Positions 41,107-53,103 are shown, counted from the first letter of the stretch. The stretch: DNA of 64,000 nt from Candidatus Poribacteria bacterium (GCA_965222225.1 CBDCTK010000002.1:2688001-2752000); one strand, 5' to 3'. Numbers and translations are program-made. The notes: generated by a model not told the origin, from the letters alone.

Positions 41107-44100
41107 ATGCCAAAACGGACTGACATCAACAAAATCTTGATTATCGGTTCTGGCCCTATCATCATCGGTCAAGCCTGCGAATTTGACTATTCGGGAACGC
41201 AGGCGTGCAAAGCATTGAAAGAGGAGGGTTACGAGGTCGTTCTTGTCAATAGCAATCCGGCGACGATTATGACCGACCCCGAAATCGCGGACCGCACCTA
41301 CATCGAGCCGATCACTCCAGAAGTCGTCGCGCAGATTATTGCCAAGGAACGTCCCCACGCTCTACTGCCCACGCTGGGGGGGCAGACGGGATTGAACGTT
41401 TCCGTGGCACTCGCGCAATCGGGCATCCTTGATGAATATGGCGTTGAGCTCATCGGAGCGAAACTCGACGCGATTCAGAAAGCGGAAGACCGGGAACTCT
41501 TTAAGAAAGCGATGCAGAAAATCGGGTTAAGCGTGCCGAAAAGTGGCGTCGCGCGTTCGTTAGAGGACGCCAACGCCATCATTTCCATAATCGATTTTCC
41601 GGCAATTATCCGTCCGGCATTCACCCTCGGCGGTACTGGCGGCGCGATCGCCTACAATATTGAAGAGTTTGAGAAAATGGTTGGCACCGGTTTGGCGTTA
41701 AGTCCGATAAGCGAAGTCTTGATTGAGGAGTCCGTGATTGGGTGGAAAGAGTTTGAGCTTGAGGTTATGCGCGACAGCGCCGACAACGTGGTGATAATCT
41801 GCTCAATTGAGAACGTCGATCCGATGGGGGTTCATACGGGGGACAGCATTACGGTTGCGCCGGCGCAAACGTTGACGGACAAAGAATATCAGTACATGCG
41901 GGACTCGGCGATCAAAATCATCCGCGAAATTGGGGTCGATACGGGCGGCTCCAATATTCAGTTCGCCGTGCATCCGGGGGACGGAAGGCAGGTTGTGATT
42001 GAGATGAACCCGCGAGTCTCGCGGAGTTCCGCGCTCGCCTCCAAAGCCACGGGATTTCCGATTGCCAAAATCGCGGCTAAATTGGCGGTCGGCTATACCC
42101 TTGACGAGATTCCGAACGACATAACTCGCCAGACGCCGGCGTCCTTTGAACCCACGATTGATTATGTGGTTGTCAAAATTCCGCGTTGGGCGTTCGAGAA
42201 GTTTCGAGGCACGGACGAGACGCTGACCATCCAGATGAAGTCGGTGGGGGAGGCGATGTCAATCGGCAGGACATTCAAGGAGGCGTTGCAGAAAGGCTTG
42301 CGTTCTCTGGAAACCGGGTGGCATGGGCTGGATAATCATGCACTCGAAGCGCTACCGCTTTCCGAATTCGATCAGAAATTCACCGTGCCGAACGTCGAAC
42401 GGATTTTTTACATCAAACAGGCGTTGCGGCAACGGATGAGCGTTGAACAGATTTACGCCTATACGAAAATCGATCCGTTCTTTCTTTATAACATCAAAGA
42501 GATTGTCGACTTCGAGATGGAACTTGAAGAAAAACTTCAGCACTGGACGCCGACTGAGCCAATGACGGAAGCAACGCGGAGGCTGGTTTATAAGGCAAAG
42601 CAGTTCGGGTTCTCTGATCGCCAACTCGCAAGTATTTGTGGTGCCTCCGAGGCAGAGATAAGAACGTGGCGCAAGGCGGCCGGGATTGAAGCGACATTTA
42701 AAACCGTGGATACCTGCGCCGCCGAGTTTGAAGCGGAGACGCCGTACTACTATTCGACCTATTCCAGCGAAGATGAGGTTCGACCAACGTCCAAGAGAAA
42801 GATTATGATATTGGGCGGCGGACCCAATCGGATTGGTCAGGGAATCGAGTTTGATTACTGCTGCGTCCATGCCGCGATGGCGCTTAAGGAAGACGGTTAC
42901 GAAACTATCATGGTGAACAGCAACCCTGAAACCGTCAGCACGGATTACGACACGTCAGATCGGCTCTATTTTGAACCGCTCACGCATGAGGATGTTTTGA
43001 ATATCGTTGACCGCGAACAGCCGGAGGGCGTGATTGTTCAGTTTGGCGGCCAGACCCCGCTGAATCTTGCGTTGGGACTGCAAGAAGCGGGTGTGCCAAT
43101 CATCGGTACGAGTCCCGATGACATCGCTCGGTCAGAAGATCGGAAACTGTTCAAAGAGGTGCTAGATCAGAATGGACTGGCTCAACCGCCTAACGGAATC
43201 GCAACCTCAATTGAGGAGGCGGCGCCTATCGCAGAGTCGATCGGTTATCCCGTCATCGTGCGTCCATCGTATGTTCTGGGTGGACGTGCAATGCAAATCG
43301 TCTACAATGAGGAGTTGCTGATGGGCTACATGCGTTCGGCGGTCGCCGCATCGCCGGAACACCCGATACTCATCGACAAATATCTGGAAGATGCCATTGA
43401 GGTTGATGTGGATGCAATCTCGGACGGGAATATCACCGTCATTGGCGGGATAATGGAACATATCGAAGAAGCGGGCATCCATTCGGGCGACAGCGACTGT
43501 GTGTTACCGCCCTATACGTTGGCAGAGGATCAGATTGACCAACTGAAAGAGTACACCTACGCCCTCGCAAAAACGCTCAACTTGTGCGGTTTGATGAATG
43601 TCCAGTATGCCATCCGCAACGATCGGATTTTTGTGCTTGAGGTTAACTCACGCGCCTCGCGGACGATTCCGTTTGTCAGCAAAGCCATCGGTGTTCCGTT
43701 GGCAAAATTGGCGGCGCGGGTTATGGCAGGGAAAACCCTTAGAGAACTAGGGTTTACCGCTGAGATAGTGCCCGAATATTTCAGTGTAAAAGCACCTGTC
43801 TTTCCGTTCGATCGTTTCCCGGGAGCAGACTCACGCCTCGGCCCCGAGATGAAATCGACCGGGGAGGTGATGGGAATAGATATGAACCTTTCTAAAGCGT
43901 TTGCCAAAGCGCAGGATGCGTGCGGCGACAAACTGCCGCTTGAGGGCACGGCGTTTATCAGCGTGAGGAACAAGGATAAACGTGCGATTCTGTTCATCGC
44001 CAAGAAACTTTGGGATATGGGATTCGAACTCATCGCAACCCACGGGACGGCAAAGGTACTTCGTCGAAACGGAATGGAGGTTACGTTGGTGCACAGTATC

Positions 44101-44343
44101 GGGAAGGGGCGCCCGACCATTTATGATTATATCAAGAATCACGCCGTGGCTCTCATCATCAATACACCTACGGGTGATTCGCACCATTCTAATGAGCGCC
44201 TGATCCGGAAGATGGCAATTGAGCATGACATTCCTCTATTTTCCACAATAGCGGGTGCCTCTGGCGCCGTCAACGGAATAGATGCGCTCCGCCGCGGCGA
44301 AATTTCCGTGTCGCCCCTCCAAAGTTACTATGAAAAGTATTGA
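41107..44343 (+). CDS. carB: Carbamoyl-phosphate synthase large subunit
   Basis: [30 protein letters not shown]; duplicated ATP-grasp domains; MGS domain. Confidence 0.98.
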   Translation: MPKRTDINKILIIGSGPIIIGQACEFDYSGTQACKALKEEGYEVVLVNSNPATIMTDPEIADRTYIEPITPEVVAQIIAKERPHALLPTLGGQTGLNVSVALAQSGILDEYGVELIGAKLDAIQKAEDRELFKKAMQKIGLSVPKSGVARSLEDANAIISIIDFPAIIRPAFTLGGTGGAIAYNIEEFEKMVGTGLALSPISEVLIEESVIGWKEFELEVMRDSADNVVIICSIENVDPMGVHTGDSITVAPAQTLTDKEYQYMRDSAIKIIREIGVDTGGSNIQFAVHPGDGRQVVIEMNPRVSRSSALASKATGFPIAKIAAKLAVGYTLDEIPNDITRQTPASFEPTIDYVVVKIPRWAFEKFRGTDETLTIQMKSVGEAMSIGRTFKEALQKGLRSLETGWHGLDNHALEALPLSEFDQKFTVPNVERIFYIKQALRQRMSVEQIYAYTKIDPFFLYNIKEIVDFEMELEEKLQHWTPTEPMTEATRRLVYKAKQFGFSDRQLASICGASEAEIRTWRKAAGIEATFKTVDTCAAEFEAETPYYYSTYSSEDEVRPTSKRKIMILGGGPNRIGQGIEFDYCCVHAAMALKEDGYETIMVNSNPETVSTDYDTSDRLYFEPLTHEDVLNIVDREQPEGVIVQFGGQTPLNLALGLQEAGVPIIGTSPDDIARSEDRKLFKEVLDQNGLAQPPNGIATSIEEAAPIAESIGYPVIVRPSYVLGGRAMQIVYNEELLMGYMRSAVAASPEHPILIDKYLEDAIEVDVDAISDGNITVIGGIMEHIEEAGIHSGDSDCVLPPYTLAEDQIDQLKEYTYALAKTLNLCGLMNVQYAIRNDRIFVLEVNSRASRTIPFVSKAIGVPLAKLAARVMAGKTLRELGFTAEIVPEYFSVKAPVFPFDRFPGADSRLGPEMKSTGEVMGIDMNLSKAFAKAQDACGDKLPLEGTAFISVRNKDKRAILFIAKKLWDMGFELIATHGTAKVLRRNGMEVTLVHSIGKGRPTIYDYIKNHAVALIINTPTGDSHHSNERLIRKMAIEHDIPLFSTIAGASGAVNGIDALRRGEISVSPLQSYYEKY

Positions 44344-44596
44344 GAGTAACGCGCCTCGCGAGTTGGATAGCGGTGTTTAAATCGTTTTTATCTTTCAACC
44401 GGTAATCTTATTTCACATGGGACTCATACCGTTGAACGCCTTAGTGGCTTGTAATGTCTATTCGTTATGCGTAATGGGATAGAGATCCCTTGTGCTACAA
44501 AGGGGGCAACTTGCGTAAGTCCTATCACCTTGTAGATGCAGCCACAACTAGTGGGGTCGGGGATTATCGAATTGCCGATTTCTCCTCTTATTGAAA

Positions 44597-45397
44597 ATGA
44601 CGACTGAATCCATCAACAGCCATAGGCATCTGATACAGACGCTTGACGAAATTCTGAATGACCTCGAATTTGATGCTGATCATCCTATCAAAATCGTGCG
44701 AATGGCGGACGGTAGGGAGGTTATCACTGTGCGGCCAAACCCGTTTACCGTGTCGCGCATGTATACCTCCGGGCGCCCTGATGGGCGGAAGCCCCACGGG
44801 AAAAATTCGTACTACAACTACATCCAAAGTCGGATGGAGGACTATCAAAACTCGCACGGCAGCGACGAGGGTTTTGAGTTAACCCAAGAAGAGTGGCGAA
44901 CGCTGTTTGACGAATCGTATGACCGATATACCCGCTACCTGCTTTGCGCGGGCATTAAACGCTGGCATGATGTGAAGCGCGACACCGACACTAACTTGGC
45001 GGTGTCGAACTTAGCGAAAAAATTTGCCTCGTCCGAAACTGCGTGGCAGAGCTATCAGTACAAGGGGTATATGCTCATGATGAACAGCATCGCGTCCGCG
45101 GAATTGAGTCTGATGGAGGACAATCGGGCGGAGGCGTTAAGCCAAGTCAATGAGGGGATTCAACGGATTGGTCAGTTTTGCGGAGAGTGTTTGCGCGAGA
45201 ACCATGGCGAAGCCGAGAATATCACCCGCGACCGTTATTTGGCCAATCTAATCGAGTTTCGGACAGATCTTGAGTCTGTGGAGGCGGGATTGGAGGAGGA
45301 ACACGGGGATGATCGTCAGGAGGAAGGTGACGATGGAGATGGCACGGACATCTTAGAGGAACTCGAACAGTTACTCGGGGAGAGATCGAACGAGTGA
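44597..45397 (+). CDS. Hypothetical protein (GRPDGxxPHG motif)
   Basis: 268-aa ORF with an acidic tail; function not recognised. Confidence 0.7.
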   Translation: MTTESINSHRHLIQTLDEILNDLEFDADHPIKIVRMADGREVITVRPNPFTVSRMYTSGRPDGRKPHGKNSYYNYIQSRMEDYQNSHGSDEGFELTQEEWRTLFDESYDRYTRYLLCAGIKRWHDVKRDTDTNLAVSNLAKKFASSETAWQSYQYKGYMLMMNSIASAELSLMEDNRAEALSQVNEGIQRIGQFCGECLRENHGEAENITRDRYLANLIEFRTDLESVEAGLEEEHGDDRQEEGDDGDGTDILEELEQLLGERSNE

Positions 45398-45541
45398 ATT
45401 GCGAGTGCGATAGAACTCCCGTAGGAGTCTTTTCCCTGTCGCGAGTAAAACTCGTTCCTACAGAGAATCTGTTGTAGTGAATTGCACTAGTAAAAAACCG
45501 AACTACATAACGCCTAATTGACTTATCTGTAGGTGTGATGT

Positions 45542-46030
45542 TTACTCCACGCCGTACTTGTCTCGGATGGTCTTTATGAGGTTGGTAGTGGACTTGCCCG
45601 GGACATTCAATCCAACCATTATTTTCCCACCGTTTGCCTCTACGACTTCTCGCTCGATAACCTCATCAATTCTGTAATCTCCTCCCTTGATGTGAATGTC
45701 CGGTTTCAGTTGGGACAACACTGCCGTTGCATCGCGCTCGGAGAATACCGTGACATAATCCACGCATTCGAGCCCTGCCAGCAGTTCGGCGCGTTCGGTT
45801 TCCGGGACAAGCGGACGGTCTGCGCCTTTTAATTCTCGTACCGAACTATCGCTGTTTACGCAAACGATGAGCAGATCGCCGACCTCGCGAGCCGCCTGTA
45901 GGTAACGCAGATGGCCGAGGTGCAGTACGTCAAAACAGCCATTGGTGGTGACGATAGTTTTGCCCTTGGTCTTGGCATCTTTAAGAATCTCCGCAAGTTC
46001 GGCGGAGAGATAAATCTTACGTCGTGGCAT
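45542..46030 (-). CDS. rfaE2: Heptose-1-phosphate adenylyltransferase (RfaE domain II/HldC-like)
   Basis: TNGCFDVLHLGH, NSDSSVRELKG, KGGDY, STTNLI. Confidence 0.9.
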   Translation of the reverse strand: MPRRKIYLSAELAEILKDAKTKGKTIVTTNGCFDVLHLGHLRYLQAAREVGDLLIVCVNSDSSVRELKGADRPLVPETERAELLAGLECVDYVTVFSERDATAVLSQLKPDIHIKGGDYRIDEVIEREVVEANGGKIMVGLNVPGKSTTNLIKTIRDKYGVE

Positions 46031-46219
46031 TTTCAGTACTCGAGAATGAAGTAAATTATCAGCCGTTAGTGCCGTTAGTCTTGCCGTGTGTCCGCTCTCT
46101 AATTTCCGCGCGCAGATCGTTCGTCACGCCACGATCGCATTGCATTCGGGACGTTGAAGGATACTTTGACTATACCAAATTCACACCGCTATTTCAACCC
46201 CCATTGTGTCCATCGCTAA

Positions 46220-46440
46220 GAGCCTGTTTGAATAATCGGTGGCAAAGCAATTTTTAGTCATTTGCCGGAAGTTTTTTCATTAGTTGGCTGCTACATACCT
46301 GTAGGATCTCTATCGCAGTCGCTATTCGCTTCCTTGATCCCACTCTGGGGCTTTAGATGCTGGTGCGCAGGGGATCTCTATCGCAGTCATTATTCATTCC
46401 TTTGATCGCACCCTACAAACTGTACTTTTCAAACAGGCTC
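46220..46440. mobile_element. MITE with GAGCCTGTTTGAA TIRs and TAA duplication, containing two micro-elements
   Basis: taa-GAGCCTGTTTGAA...TTCAAACAGGCTC-taa; inverted relative to 21488-21784. Confidence 0.82.
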
Positions 46441-46719
46441 TAAGGTAATCACGTCTGATTGGCGGGGGATGTGGAAGGATGGAAGCACGTTGGGCGGTGC
46501 ACACCCTACCACTACAACTCTACAATCAAGTGCAATTGCCCTGTTGCCGCGGTGATTCATCCTTGACAAGTGAGGTGTTGTCTGATAAATTTTACTCCAA
46601 TATAAACTCCAAGTAAAGAACCCTAACTGACGCATCAAGACGCGAAATTGACTCGCGATCCTCATATCGCCGGCAATCTATGCTTTGCCAATAGAAGATT
46701 CCATCTTAATTCAATGTAT

Positions 46720-47763
46720 TAGGAGTTACGCAGTTGAGTGAAAATAGGTTATAATTTGAGTATGAATCCCCCTAAATATACTGACACTGACTATATTGAT
46801 TTCTTGGTAGCCGCTCAGAAAAGTTACAGTTGTCTTGAATCGGAAAAAGTTCAACCCCAAGCTGATAATCCTCCGGCTCACGATTCGATAACACGGCTCT
46901 TGCATCGAGAGGAACCCGATACTGGCAAACTGTGGCAAGAATCGAGAAATCAGGTGAAATTAGAATCCGGAATTTTAGTTATAGATGACTCGACTCTGGA
47001 TAAACCTTATTCACAAAAGATTGAACTCGTGACAAAACACTGGTCAGGGAAACACCACCGAGTTGTGAATGGGATTAACTTGGTCACTTTGCTCTGGACG
47101 GATGGCGATAGACATATTCCGTGTGATTATCGAATCTATGATAAAGCCAAAGACGGCTTGACGAAGAATGAGCATTTCCGCGCCATGCTTGAAGAAGCGA
47201 AAACACGCGGTTTTGCTCCTGAATGTGTGTGTTTTGATAGTTGGTATGCCAGTCTAAAGAATCTAAAAGCGGTGCGAGGTCATGGTTGGAAGTGGCTTAC
47301 TCGTCTAGCTGCCAACCGACTTGTCAGTAAAGATTATTCCGGTAACCGTCCGGTGAGTACGCTTCCGAGTGAATCAACAGGTACAATTGTCCATCTCAAA
47401 GGCTATGGATTGATTCGAGTATTTAAGGTTGACACTCCAGAAGGTGACATTGAATATTGGGCAACGAATGATTTACAGATGGACGAATTGACGCGTCTCA
47501 AATATGCCGAATGGTCTTGGACAATAGAAGAATATCATCGCGGGATTAAGCAATTTGTTGGCATTGAACGCGCACAAGTGCGCTCTGCTCGCACTCAAAG
47601 AAATCATATCGGTTTAGCGCTGAGAGCCTTTCTGAGAATTGAGCACTATTGCTATCATACCGGTATCAGTTGGTTTGATGCAAAACTCTCTATTGTCAGA
47701 GATGCGGTACGGGCTTATTTGGCACAACCTCTTTATACGCTTCAGCCAACTGCGTAACTCCTA
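46720..47763 (+). mobile_element. IS701-family insertion sequence (ISAba11-like ends)
   Basis: TIRs TAGGAGTTACGCAGTTG / CAACTGCGTAACTCCTA; 5-bp duplication TGTAT (46715-19, 47764-68). Confidence 0.88.
46762..47757 (+). CDS. DDE transposase, IS701 family
   Basis: IDDSTLDKPY, FDSWYAS, WTIEEYHRGIKQ. Confidence 0.9.
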   Translation: MNPPKYTDTDYIDFLVAAQKSYSCLESEKVQPQADNPPAHDSITRLLHREEPDTGKLWQESRNQVKLESGILVIDDSTLDKPYSQKIELVTKHWSGKHHRVVNGINLVTLLWTDGDRHIPCDYRIYDKAKDGLTKNEHFRAMLEEAKTRGFAPECVCFDSWYASLKNLKAVRGHGWKWLTRLAANRLVSKDYSGNRPVSTLPSESTGTIVHLKGYGLIRVFKVDTPEGDIEYWATNDLQMDELTRLKYAEWSWTIEEYHRGIKQFVGIERAQVRSARTQRNHIGLALRAFLRIEHYCYHTGISWFDAKLSIVRDAVRAYLAQPLYTLQPTA

Positions 47764-47813
47764 TGTATAATGATGAATAAAAGATTCTACGGGTTTGTCA
47801 AAGAAAGACAATT

Positions 47814-48635
47814 ATGGATACCGTAAATGAGCTTCAATTCAAGCAAAGAAAATATATGCCGGTCTTTCCAAGAGCGAGCGGAAAACCGACGATCTACATT
47901 GAGGGATACCCGTGTGAGGACGATGAACCTATAGCAGCGACAGGATTTCACGCTGAGCAGATTACCACGTTTTCCGATCAACTTTCGCGATATTTTGAAA
48001 TTAACGCACTGATCTACATTGGAATTGACAGTTTCATCTTCTATCGCGAAGGGGACATCACAAAGTTCGTCGCCCCGGATGTTTACGTCGTTTTAGGCGC
48101 TAATAAAAATCCACAGCGGCGGAGTTTTTATACATGGTCGGAAGGCGCAGTTCCTACGGCTGTTTTTGAGTTTCTTTCCGACGCGACAGCAAATCAGGAT
48201 CGGTATGAAAAAGTCCGAGTGTATATGATTGATATAGGCGTTCAAGAATACTTCATCCATCAACCCGAGATGGAGAAGCCCCCGGAATTTCGTGGATGGC
48301 GGCGGATCCCTTCGGGTGGCATGGCGGAAATCGCGCCGGATGAACGGGGCGGCTTATTCAGCGAAGCGTTAAATCTCTGGTTTCGATGGGAGGACCAACT
48401 TAATACTCACGTCAGGCTTTTGCGCCCGTACCTGCCTGATGGCACGCCGATTACAACTTCCAGGGAGGAGCATCACCTTAGGGTGGAAGCGCAGGCGCTT
48501 GCCGCGGAGGAAGCAGAGCGGCGGCGGGACGCGGAAACGCTTGCCAGAGAAGAAGCAGAACGGCGACGAGAAGCGGAAGCGGAGCTGGAACGCCTCCGCG
48601 CGCAACTCGCTAACCGCCAAGAGGAAAGCGCGTGA
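47814..48635 (+). CDS. Uma2-family endonuclease-like protein with coiled-coil tail
   Basis: VAPDVYVV, VFEFLS, GVQEYF; EAERRR repeats. Confidence 0.88.
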   Translation: MDTVNELQFKQRKYMPVFPRASGKPTIYIEGYPCEDDEPIAATGFHAEQITTFSDQLSRYFEINALIYIGIDSFIFYREGDITKFVAPDVYVVLGANKNPQRRSFYTWSEGAVPTAVFEFLSDATANQDRYEKVRVYMIDIGVQEYFIHQPEMEKPPEFRGWRRIPSGGMAEIAPDERGGLFSEALNLWFRWEDQLNTHVRLLRPYLPDGTPITTSREEHHLRVEAQALAAEEAERRRDAETLAREEAERRREAEAELERLRAQLANRQEESA

Positions 48636-48931
48636 CAAACAGGTCGCTCAAGCTAACGTAGTTGAAAGTCTAACGGTTTGCGGTAAGGCAGTCTAGTACT
48701 AAATCAAGCGACAAAACAGGGAGCGATCAACTGAGCGAATAGTGAAGGCGATAGAAGATCCCGATAGAACTCCCCTCCACATTTCGACTTCCTGTTGCCG
48801 CGTAGGTCCTACGTTTGAAATATAACAACTAACTCACAAATTGGACATAGAAATTTTCGGATAAACGCACATTCCGTAATCTGTGTCATTGCCACGGCCA
48901 TCGGTCAACTAACAAGGAGAAGGTAGAATTC

Positions 48932-49987
48932 ATGAGTAAGCTACGGGTTGGAATCATCGGTTGCGGCGGAATCGCTCGCTCCCACTGCGATGCTATCGCG
49001 CAGCTGCACGATCGGGTTGAAGTCGTCGCTGTCGCGGACCTCTTTGAGGAAAAGCGGCGCGAGTACATGGAGAAGTACAACATTCCCAAAGGGTACGGCT
49101 CTCATACCGAACTCCTGAAGGACGACGAGATTGACGCCGTAGCTGTCACGTTGGGACACCAACTCCATCATCGCCTTACGGTGGACGCTTGCAATGCCGG
49201 CAAGCACGTGTTGGTCGAAAAGCCGATGGCGATTAGCTTGGAGCAGTGCGACAACATGATTGCCGCCGCGGCTGCCAATGATGTCAAGCTGATGGTCGGG
49301 CAGACACAGCACTTTTATGGCACCAGTCTAAAGGCGAAAGAGATTCTTGATTCGGGCGAGCTTGGACCGCTAATTACCGCCGTGTGCTACATGTCCAAGA
49401 AATGGGGTTTCTCGGGACGTCCTCCGCAGTACCGCAGCCGCTACCACGGCGGCGGGATGTGGTTATCGAACGGCGTTCACGTCGTCGATCGCCTGACGTG
49501 GGTGATGGCGTCGCAAGCGGTTTCCGTATCCGCATCTATCGGAACGCGGGCGCACTATCAGGCGGGCGATGATTCCGCTACGGCGTTCATTCGATACAAG
49601 AATGGACTGGCGGGCGTTGCAGTATCGGTAGGCTATGCGGACGGCGCACCGAGTTATGAGTGCCACGTTATCTGCGCCAACGGATCGCTGCGGTTCAGCC
49701 AGCACGGCGAAAAATTCGTCAAGATTGGAAAGAACGACAAATGGGAAGATGTGCCGTTTGACGATCCCCCCGCTCAGTTCCAGAACGAGTGGAAAGCGTT
49801 TGTCGAAGCAATTCAGCAGAACATAGAGCCGCCCGCGCACGGTGAGTGGGGGCGTCACATCATGGAGATTCTGTTCGCGGCAGAGGAATCGGCAATCACG
49901 GGTCAGGAAGTGTTGCTTGAAAGCGGTTTGAACTGGACGTCGCAACAGTCTGGCTCGCCGATAACGCGAGAGCACGGTTGGGTTTAA
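48932..49987 (+). CDS. Gfo/Idh/MocA oxidoreductase
   Basis: VGIIGCGGIA, KHVLVEKPMA, GVHVVD. Confidence 0.92.
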   Translation: MSKLRVGIIGCGGIARSHCDAIAQLHDRVEVVAVADLFEEKRREYMEKYNIPKGYGSHTELLKDDEIDAVAVTLGHQLHHRLTVDACNAGKHVLVEKPMAISLEQCDNMIAAAAANDVKLMVGQTQHFYGTSLKAKEILDSGELGPLITAVCYMSKKWGFSGRPPQYRSRYHGGGMWLSNGVHVVDRLTWVMASQAVSVSASIGTRAHYQAGDDSATAFIRYKNGLAGVAVSVGYADGAPSYECHVICANGSLRFSQHGEKFVKIGKNDKWEDVPFDDPPAQFQNEWKAFVEAIQQNIEPPAHGEWGRHIMEILFAAEESAITGQEVLLESGLNWTSQQSGSPITREHGWV

Positions 49988-50266
49988 GCGAATTGGAATA
50001 TTGAAGTTTATCTTCCGAGGCGGCTAGGAAGAGTGGGATTGGAAGGCTGGAAGCGTGGAAGCTTGGAAGATTCTCCTTGCACGTCACCCTTGAATGTAAA
50101 GTTTATTTTCTAGTATTTACGCAGTTGAACGCTCAAGTCCTCCTAGTTCGATGAATTTACTGTAGGGAATAACGTGCGATTTCTATGGGAATTCTATCGC
50201 CCTCCCTGTTCAGTCGGTTGATCGTAATATTTTTACAATTTTGCCTTAGAAAACGGAGTTTACTTT

Positions 50267-51316
50267 ATGTCCGAAAATCAGTTTCTATTTACCCGTCACC
50301 CCGGTCTGGAGGGATCTTGGCCGTTTGTCCACGAGCGTATGGTCACACGGCTTGATGAATTGGGTACCACGATTGTCCTCAACACGAAAAGTGACGAGGC
50401 GATTCATCAACAGATTGAGCTTGAAAATGTCGTGGGAATCGCCCGTTTCGGCGGTAAGTTAACGGCAGAGTGCATCGCCCATGCACCCAAACTGCGAATG
50501 GTTGGCTCAATGGATGACAATACCGGCGGGAGAGAACCGTTCGTGGAACTTCAGGCGAGGAATATCCCGCTTATTGAATCCACACGCGCGTGGTCGCAAT
50601 CGGTCGCCGAGTGCGCGTTCGGATTAGCCTTATCGGCACTGAGACGCACGGCGCAATGGCACCATCGGATGGCGAATAAGGAGCCGTTGTGGACGTACGC
50701 TTACGGTCAATACTGCGACGCGCCAGACTTTGTGAACGGCGATCTCGGAACAAAGCACATCGGGGTCGTTGGATTGGGACAGATTGGCAGAAAGATTGCC
50801 CAGTGGTGCCGCGCTTTCGGCGCGAAGGTCGACGGGTACGATCCCTTCGTGGACGAATCATCGTTTAAGGAGTGGGATGTGCGCCCGGTTGATATGGATA
50901 TGCTCGTTAGCGAAGCCGACATTGTGTTCATTGCGGTACCGCCGACACCTTCGGCACGCCACCTGCTCTCGCGCGAACGAATCTATCGCCTGCATAAAGG
51001 CGCCTTGGTCGTCGCGATTACACGCGCGTTCGCGGTAGATATGGACGCCTTGCGCGAACGTATTCTCGCCGACGAGCTGGCGGGGGCATTCGATGTCTAC
51101 GACGTTGAACCGCTGCCTGTGGATGACCCGCTGCGCGGACGCGACAACGTTGTCCATACCCCACACATCGCCGGGAGAACCAAGGATGCGAATCTTCGGG
51201 TTGCCGATATGATTGTGGATGATTTTGCGCGTGTTTTGAATGGAGAAAAGCCACTCGGCGCATTGTCGCCCAAAGCCGCCGCCGTACGAACGCAGAATCT
51301 TGATTTGCCATACTAG
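50267..51316 (+). CDS. D-isomer 2-hydroxyacid dehydrogenase family
   Basis: GVVGLGQIG, DVYDVEPLP, TPHIAG. Confidence 0.9.
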   Translation: MSENQFLFTRHPGLEGSWPFVHERMVTRLDELGTTIVLNTKSDEAIHQQIELENVVGIARFGGKLTAECIAHAPKLRMVGSMDDNTGGREPFVELQARNIPLIESTRAWSQSVAECAFGLALSALRRTAQWHHRMANKEPLWTYAYGQYCDAPDFVNGDLGTKHIGVVGLGQIGRKIAQWCRAFGAKVDGYDPFVDESSFKEWDVRPVDMDMLVSEADIVFIAVPPTPSARHLLSRERIYRLHKGALVVAITRAFAVDMDALRERILADELAGAFDVYDVEPLPVDDPLRGRDNVVHTPHIAGRTKDANLRVADMIVDDFARVLNGEKPLGALSPKAAAVRTQNLDLPY

Positions 51317-51372
51317 GAGTTTTGTCACTTTTCTCGAAGACGAATCTCATACAATCTAGAGGAGAAAATTTC

Positions 51373-52467
51373 ATGGGTCAAAAAACTTATCGCGCCGCCG
51401 CCATCGGGCATACAGGCGCCGGAAATTACGGTCATGGGCTGCATGTCGCTTACAAGAACTTGGAAAATATCGAGTTTATCGCCGTTGCCGATCCGGACGA
51501 AGCCGGACGAAAGAAGGCGGTGGAGGAGACGGGAGCGTTACGCGACTACGCCGATTATCGCGACATGCTCGCCAAAGAGGAACTGGATATCGTAAGCGTT
51601 TGCCCGCGCTGGATTCCCAAACACCTCGAAATGGTGCCCGCCTGCCTTGACGCCGGCTGCCATATCTACTGCGAAAAACCGATGACGGCCACGCTCGCCG
51701 ATGGGGATGCCATCGTCAGCGCCGCGAAGGAGAAGGGGTTGAAAATTGCGGTGGCGCATCAGGGCGTGTATTCGCCGGTAACACAGGCGCTCAAAAAGGT
51801 GCTGGCAGAGGGCATAATCGGCGAAGTCCAAGCCATCTATGCGCACGGAAAGCAGGACGGGCGCGGAGGCGGCGAAGACATGATTACGCTCGGCACCCAT
51901 ACCTTCAACATGATGCGTTTCCTCGTCGGAGATGTCAAGTGGATGCACGCGCACATCACTGTCAATGGAAGGGAAATCACGATAGATGACGCTTGGGAAG
52001 GAACTGAGCCGGTGGGTCCGGTGGCAGGCGATGGCGTCAATAGCTATTTCGCCTTCAAGAGCGGTGTTTCCGGCTTGTATGATTCGCGGAAGGATCAGTT
52101 CGGGAGAGGCGGGATGGAGATACTTGGCAGCGAAGGCATCCTAATACCGGGCGGGGGGCCGAATTCGGTGACGATCTATCCGGATGCGGGCTGGTCGCCG
52201 CGCGATGAGTCGCAAGAGCGGAAACTTGTGGAAATCTGCGATCCGCCCTCGGTTGAAGGTGACGGAATAACGAGCGGCAACCAACTTGCCATCATTGACC
52301 TGATTGATGCGATCGAGAATGATCGGAAGCCTGTTTCTAGCGCCGAAGACGCTGTCGCCGCCTTGGAGATGATTGTGGGAGCGTACGAATCGCAGCTTAC
52401 GGGCGGGCGCGTCGAATTTCCGATTAAGAATCGGGAACACCCTTTGAAGCGGGGCGGGTCGGCTTAG
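51373..52467 (+). CDS. Gfo/Idh/MocA oxidoreductase
   Basis: HIYCEKPM, LGTHTFNMM; GGAG RBS before ATG 51373. Confidence 0.9.
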   Translation: MGQKTYRAAAIGHTGAGNYGHGLHVAYKNLENIEFIAVADPDEAGRKKAVEETGALRDYADYRDMLAKEELDIVSVCPRWIPKHLEMVPACLDAGCHIYCEKPMTATLADGDAIVSAAKEKGLKIAVAHQGVYSPVTQALKKVLAEGIIGEVQAIYAHGKQDGRGGGEDMITLGTHTFNMMRFLVGDVKWMHAHITVNGREITIDDAWEGTEPVGPVAGDGVNSYFAFKSGVSGLYDSRKDQFGRGGMEILGSEGILIPGGGPNSVTIYPDAGWSPRDESQERKLVEICDPPSVEGDGITSGNQLAIIDLIDAIENDRKPVSSAEDAVAALEMIVGAYESQLTGGRVEFPIKNREHPLKRGGSA

Positions 52468-52476
52468 GAAAGGAAG

Positions 52477-53010
52477 TAACTGTCTAGTTCAGCCTGTGTA
52501 AGAGTAATGAAATCTATGCAGGATTGGGTACAGTTGCTGGCTACGGAGGATTCAACACAATCAATAATGACGAATACAAGGGAATGACAGTTAATTGCTC
52601 GTATTGCTGAATTAGAAGCTGAAAATCGGACATTACGCACCCGTATAGCCGAATTGAAACGGCAGGTGCCGAAACTGTTAGCTACCCCCACTTCGCTTCC
52701 AGAAATGCCTGTCCCCGGATTTTTCAAACCGAAACAACAAAAACGTCGTCGCAAAAAGCCGGGAAAAAAACCGGAGACATGCCGGCAGTTACCGACATCG
52801 TCCCACCAAAGCTGACAAAATTGTTGACATACCTATAAAGGATTGTCTCCATTGTCATGGAGTGATTGAAAATATCACAACACATCAACGGTATGTTGAA
52901 GAGGTCACTCCGGCTCAGACAACAGTTGTCTGTTATCAGACACAGAGTGGATATTGCCCAAACTGCCAAAGGCGGGTGAAAAGCCATCACCCGCAACAGA
53001 GGTGCACCAC
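52477..53010 (+). pseudogene. IS66-family transposase (TnpC) N-terminal remnant
   Basis: Begins GTAA; coiled coil IAELEAENRTLRTRIAEL, KKPGKKPG, then frameshifted CLHCH...CPNCQ zinc finger; internal stop. Confidence 0.65.
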
Positions 53011-53103
53011 ATTTCTAATATCATAAGCGATTTTCTGCATTCACGTTAGGAATCCAATCGTTCAGTCTGGAAGGAACGGAGTCGTGTCTTTGAGGGATAC
53101 CGG

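Noticed and set aside
46720-47763. IS701 transposase as mobiliser of the micro-element
   Set aside because: Its TIRs and 5-bp duplication are unrelated to the unit ends, and single units show no duplication.
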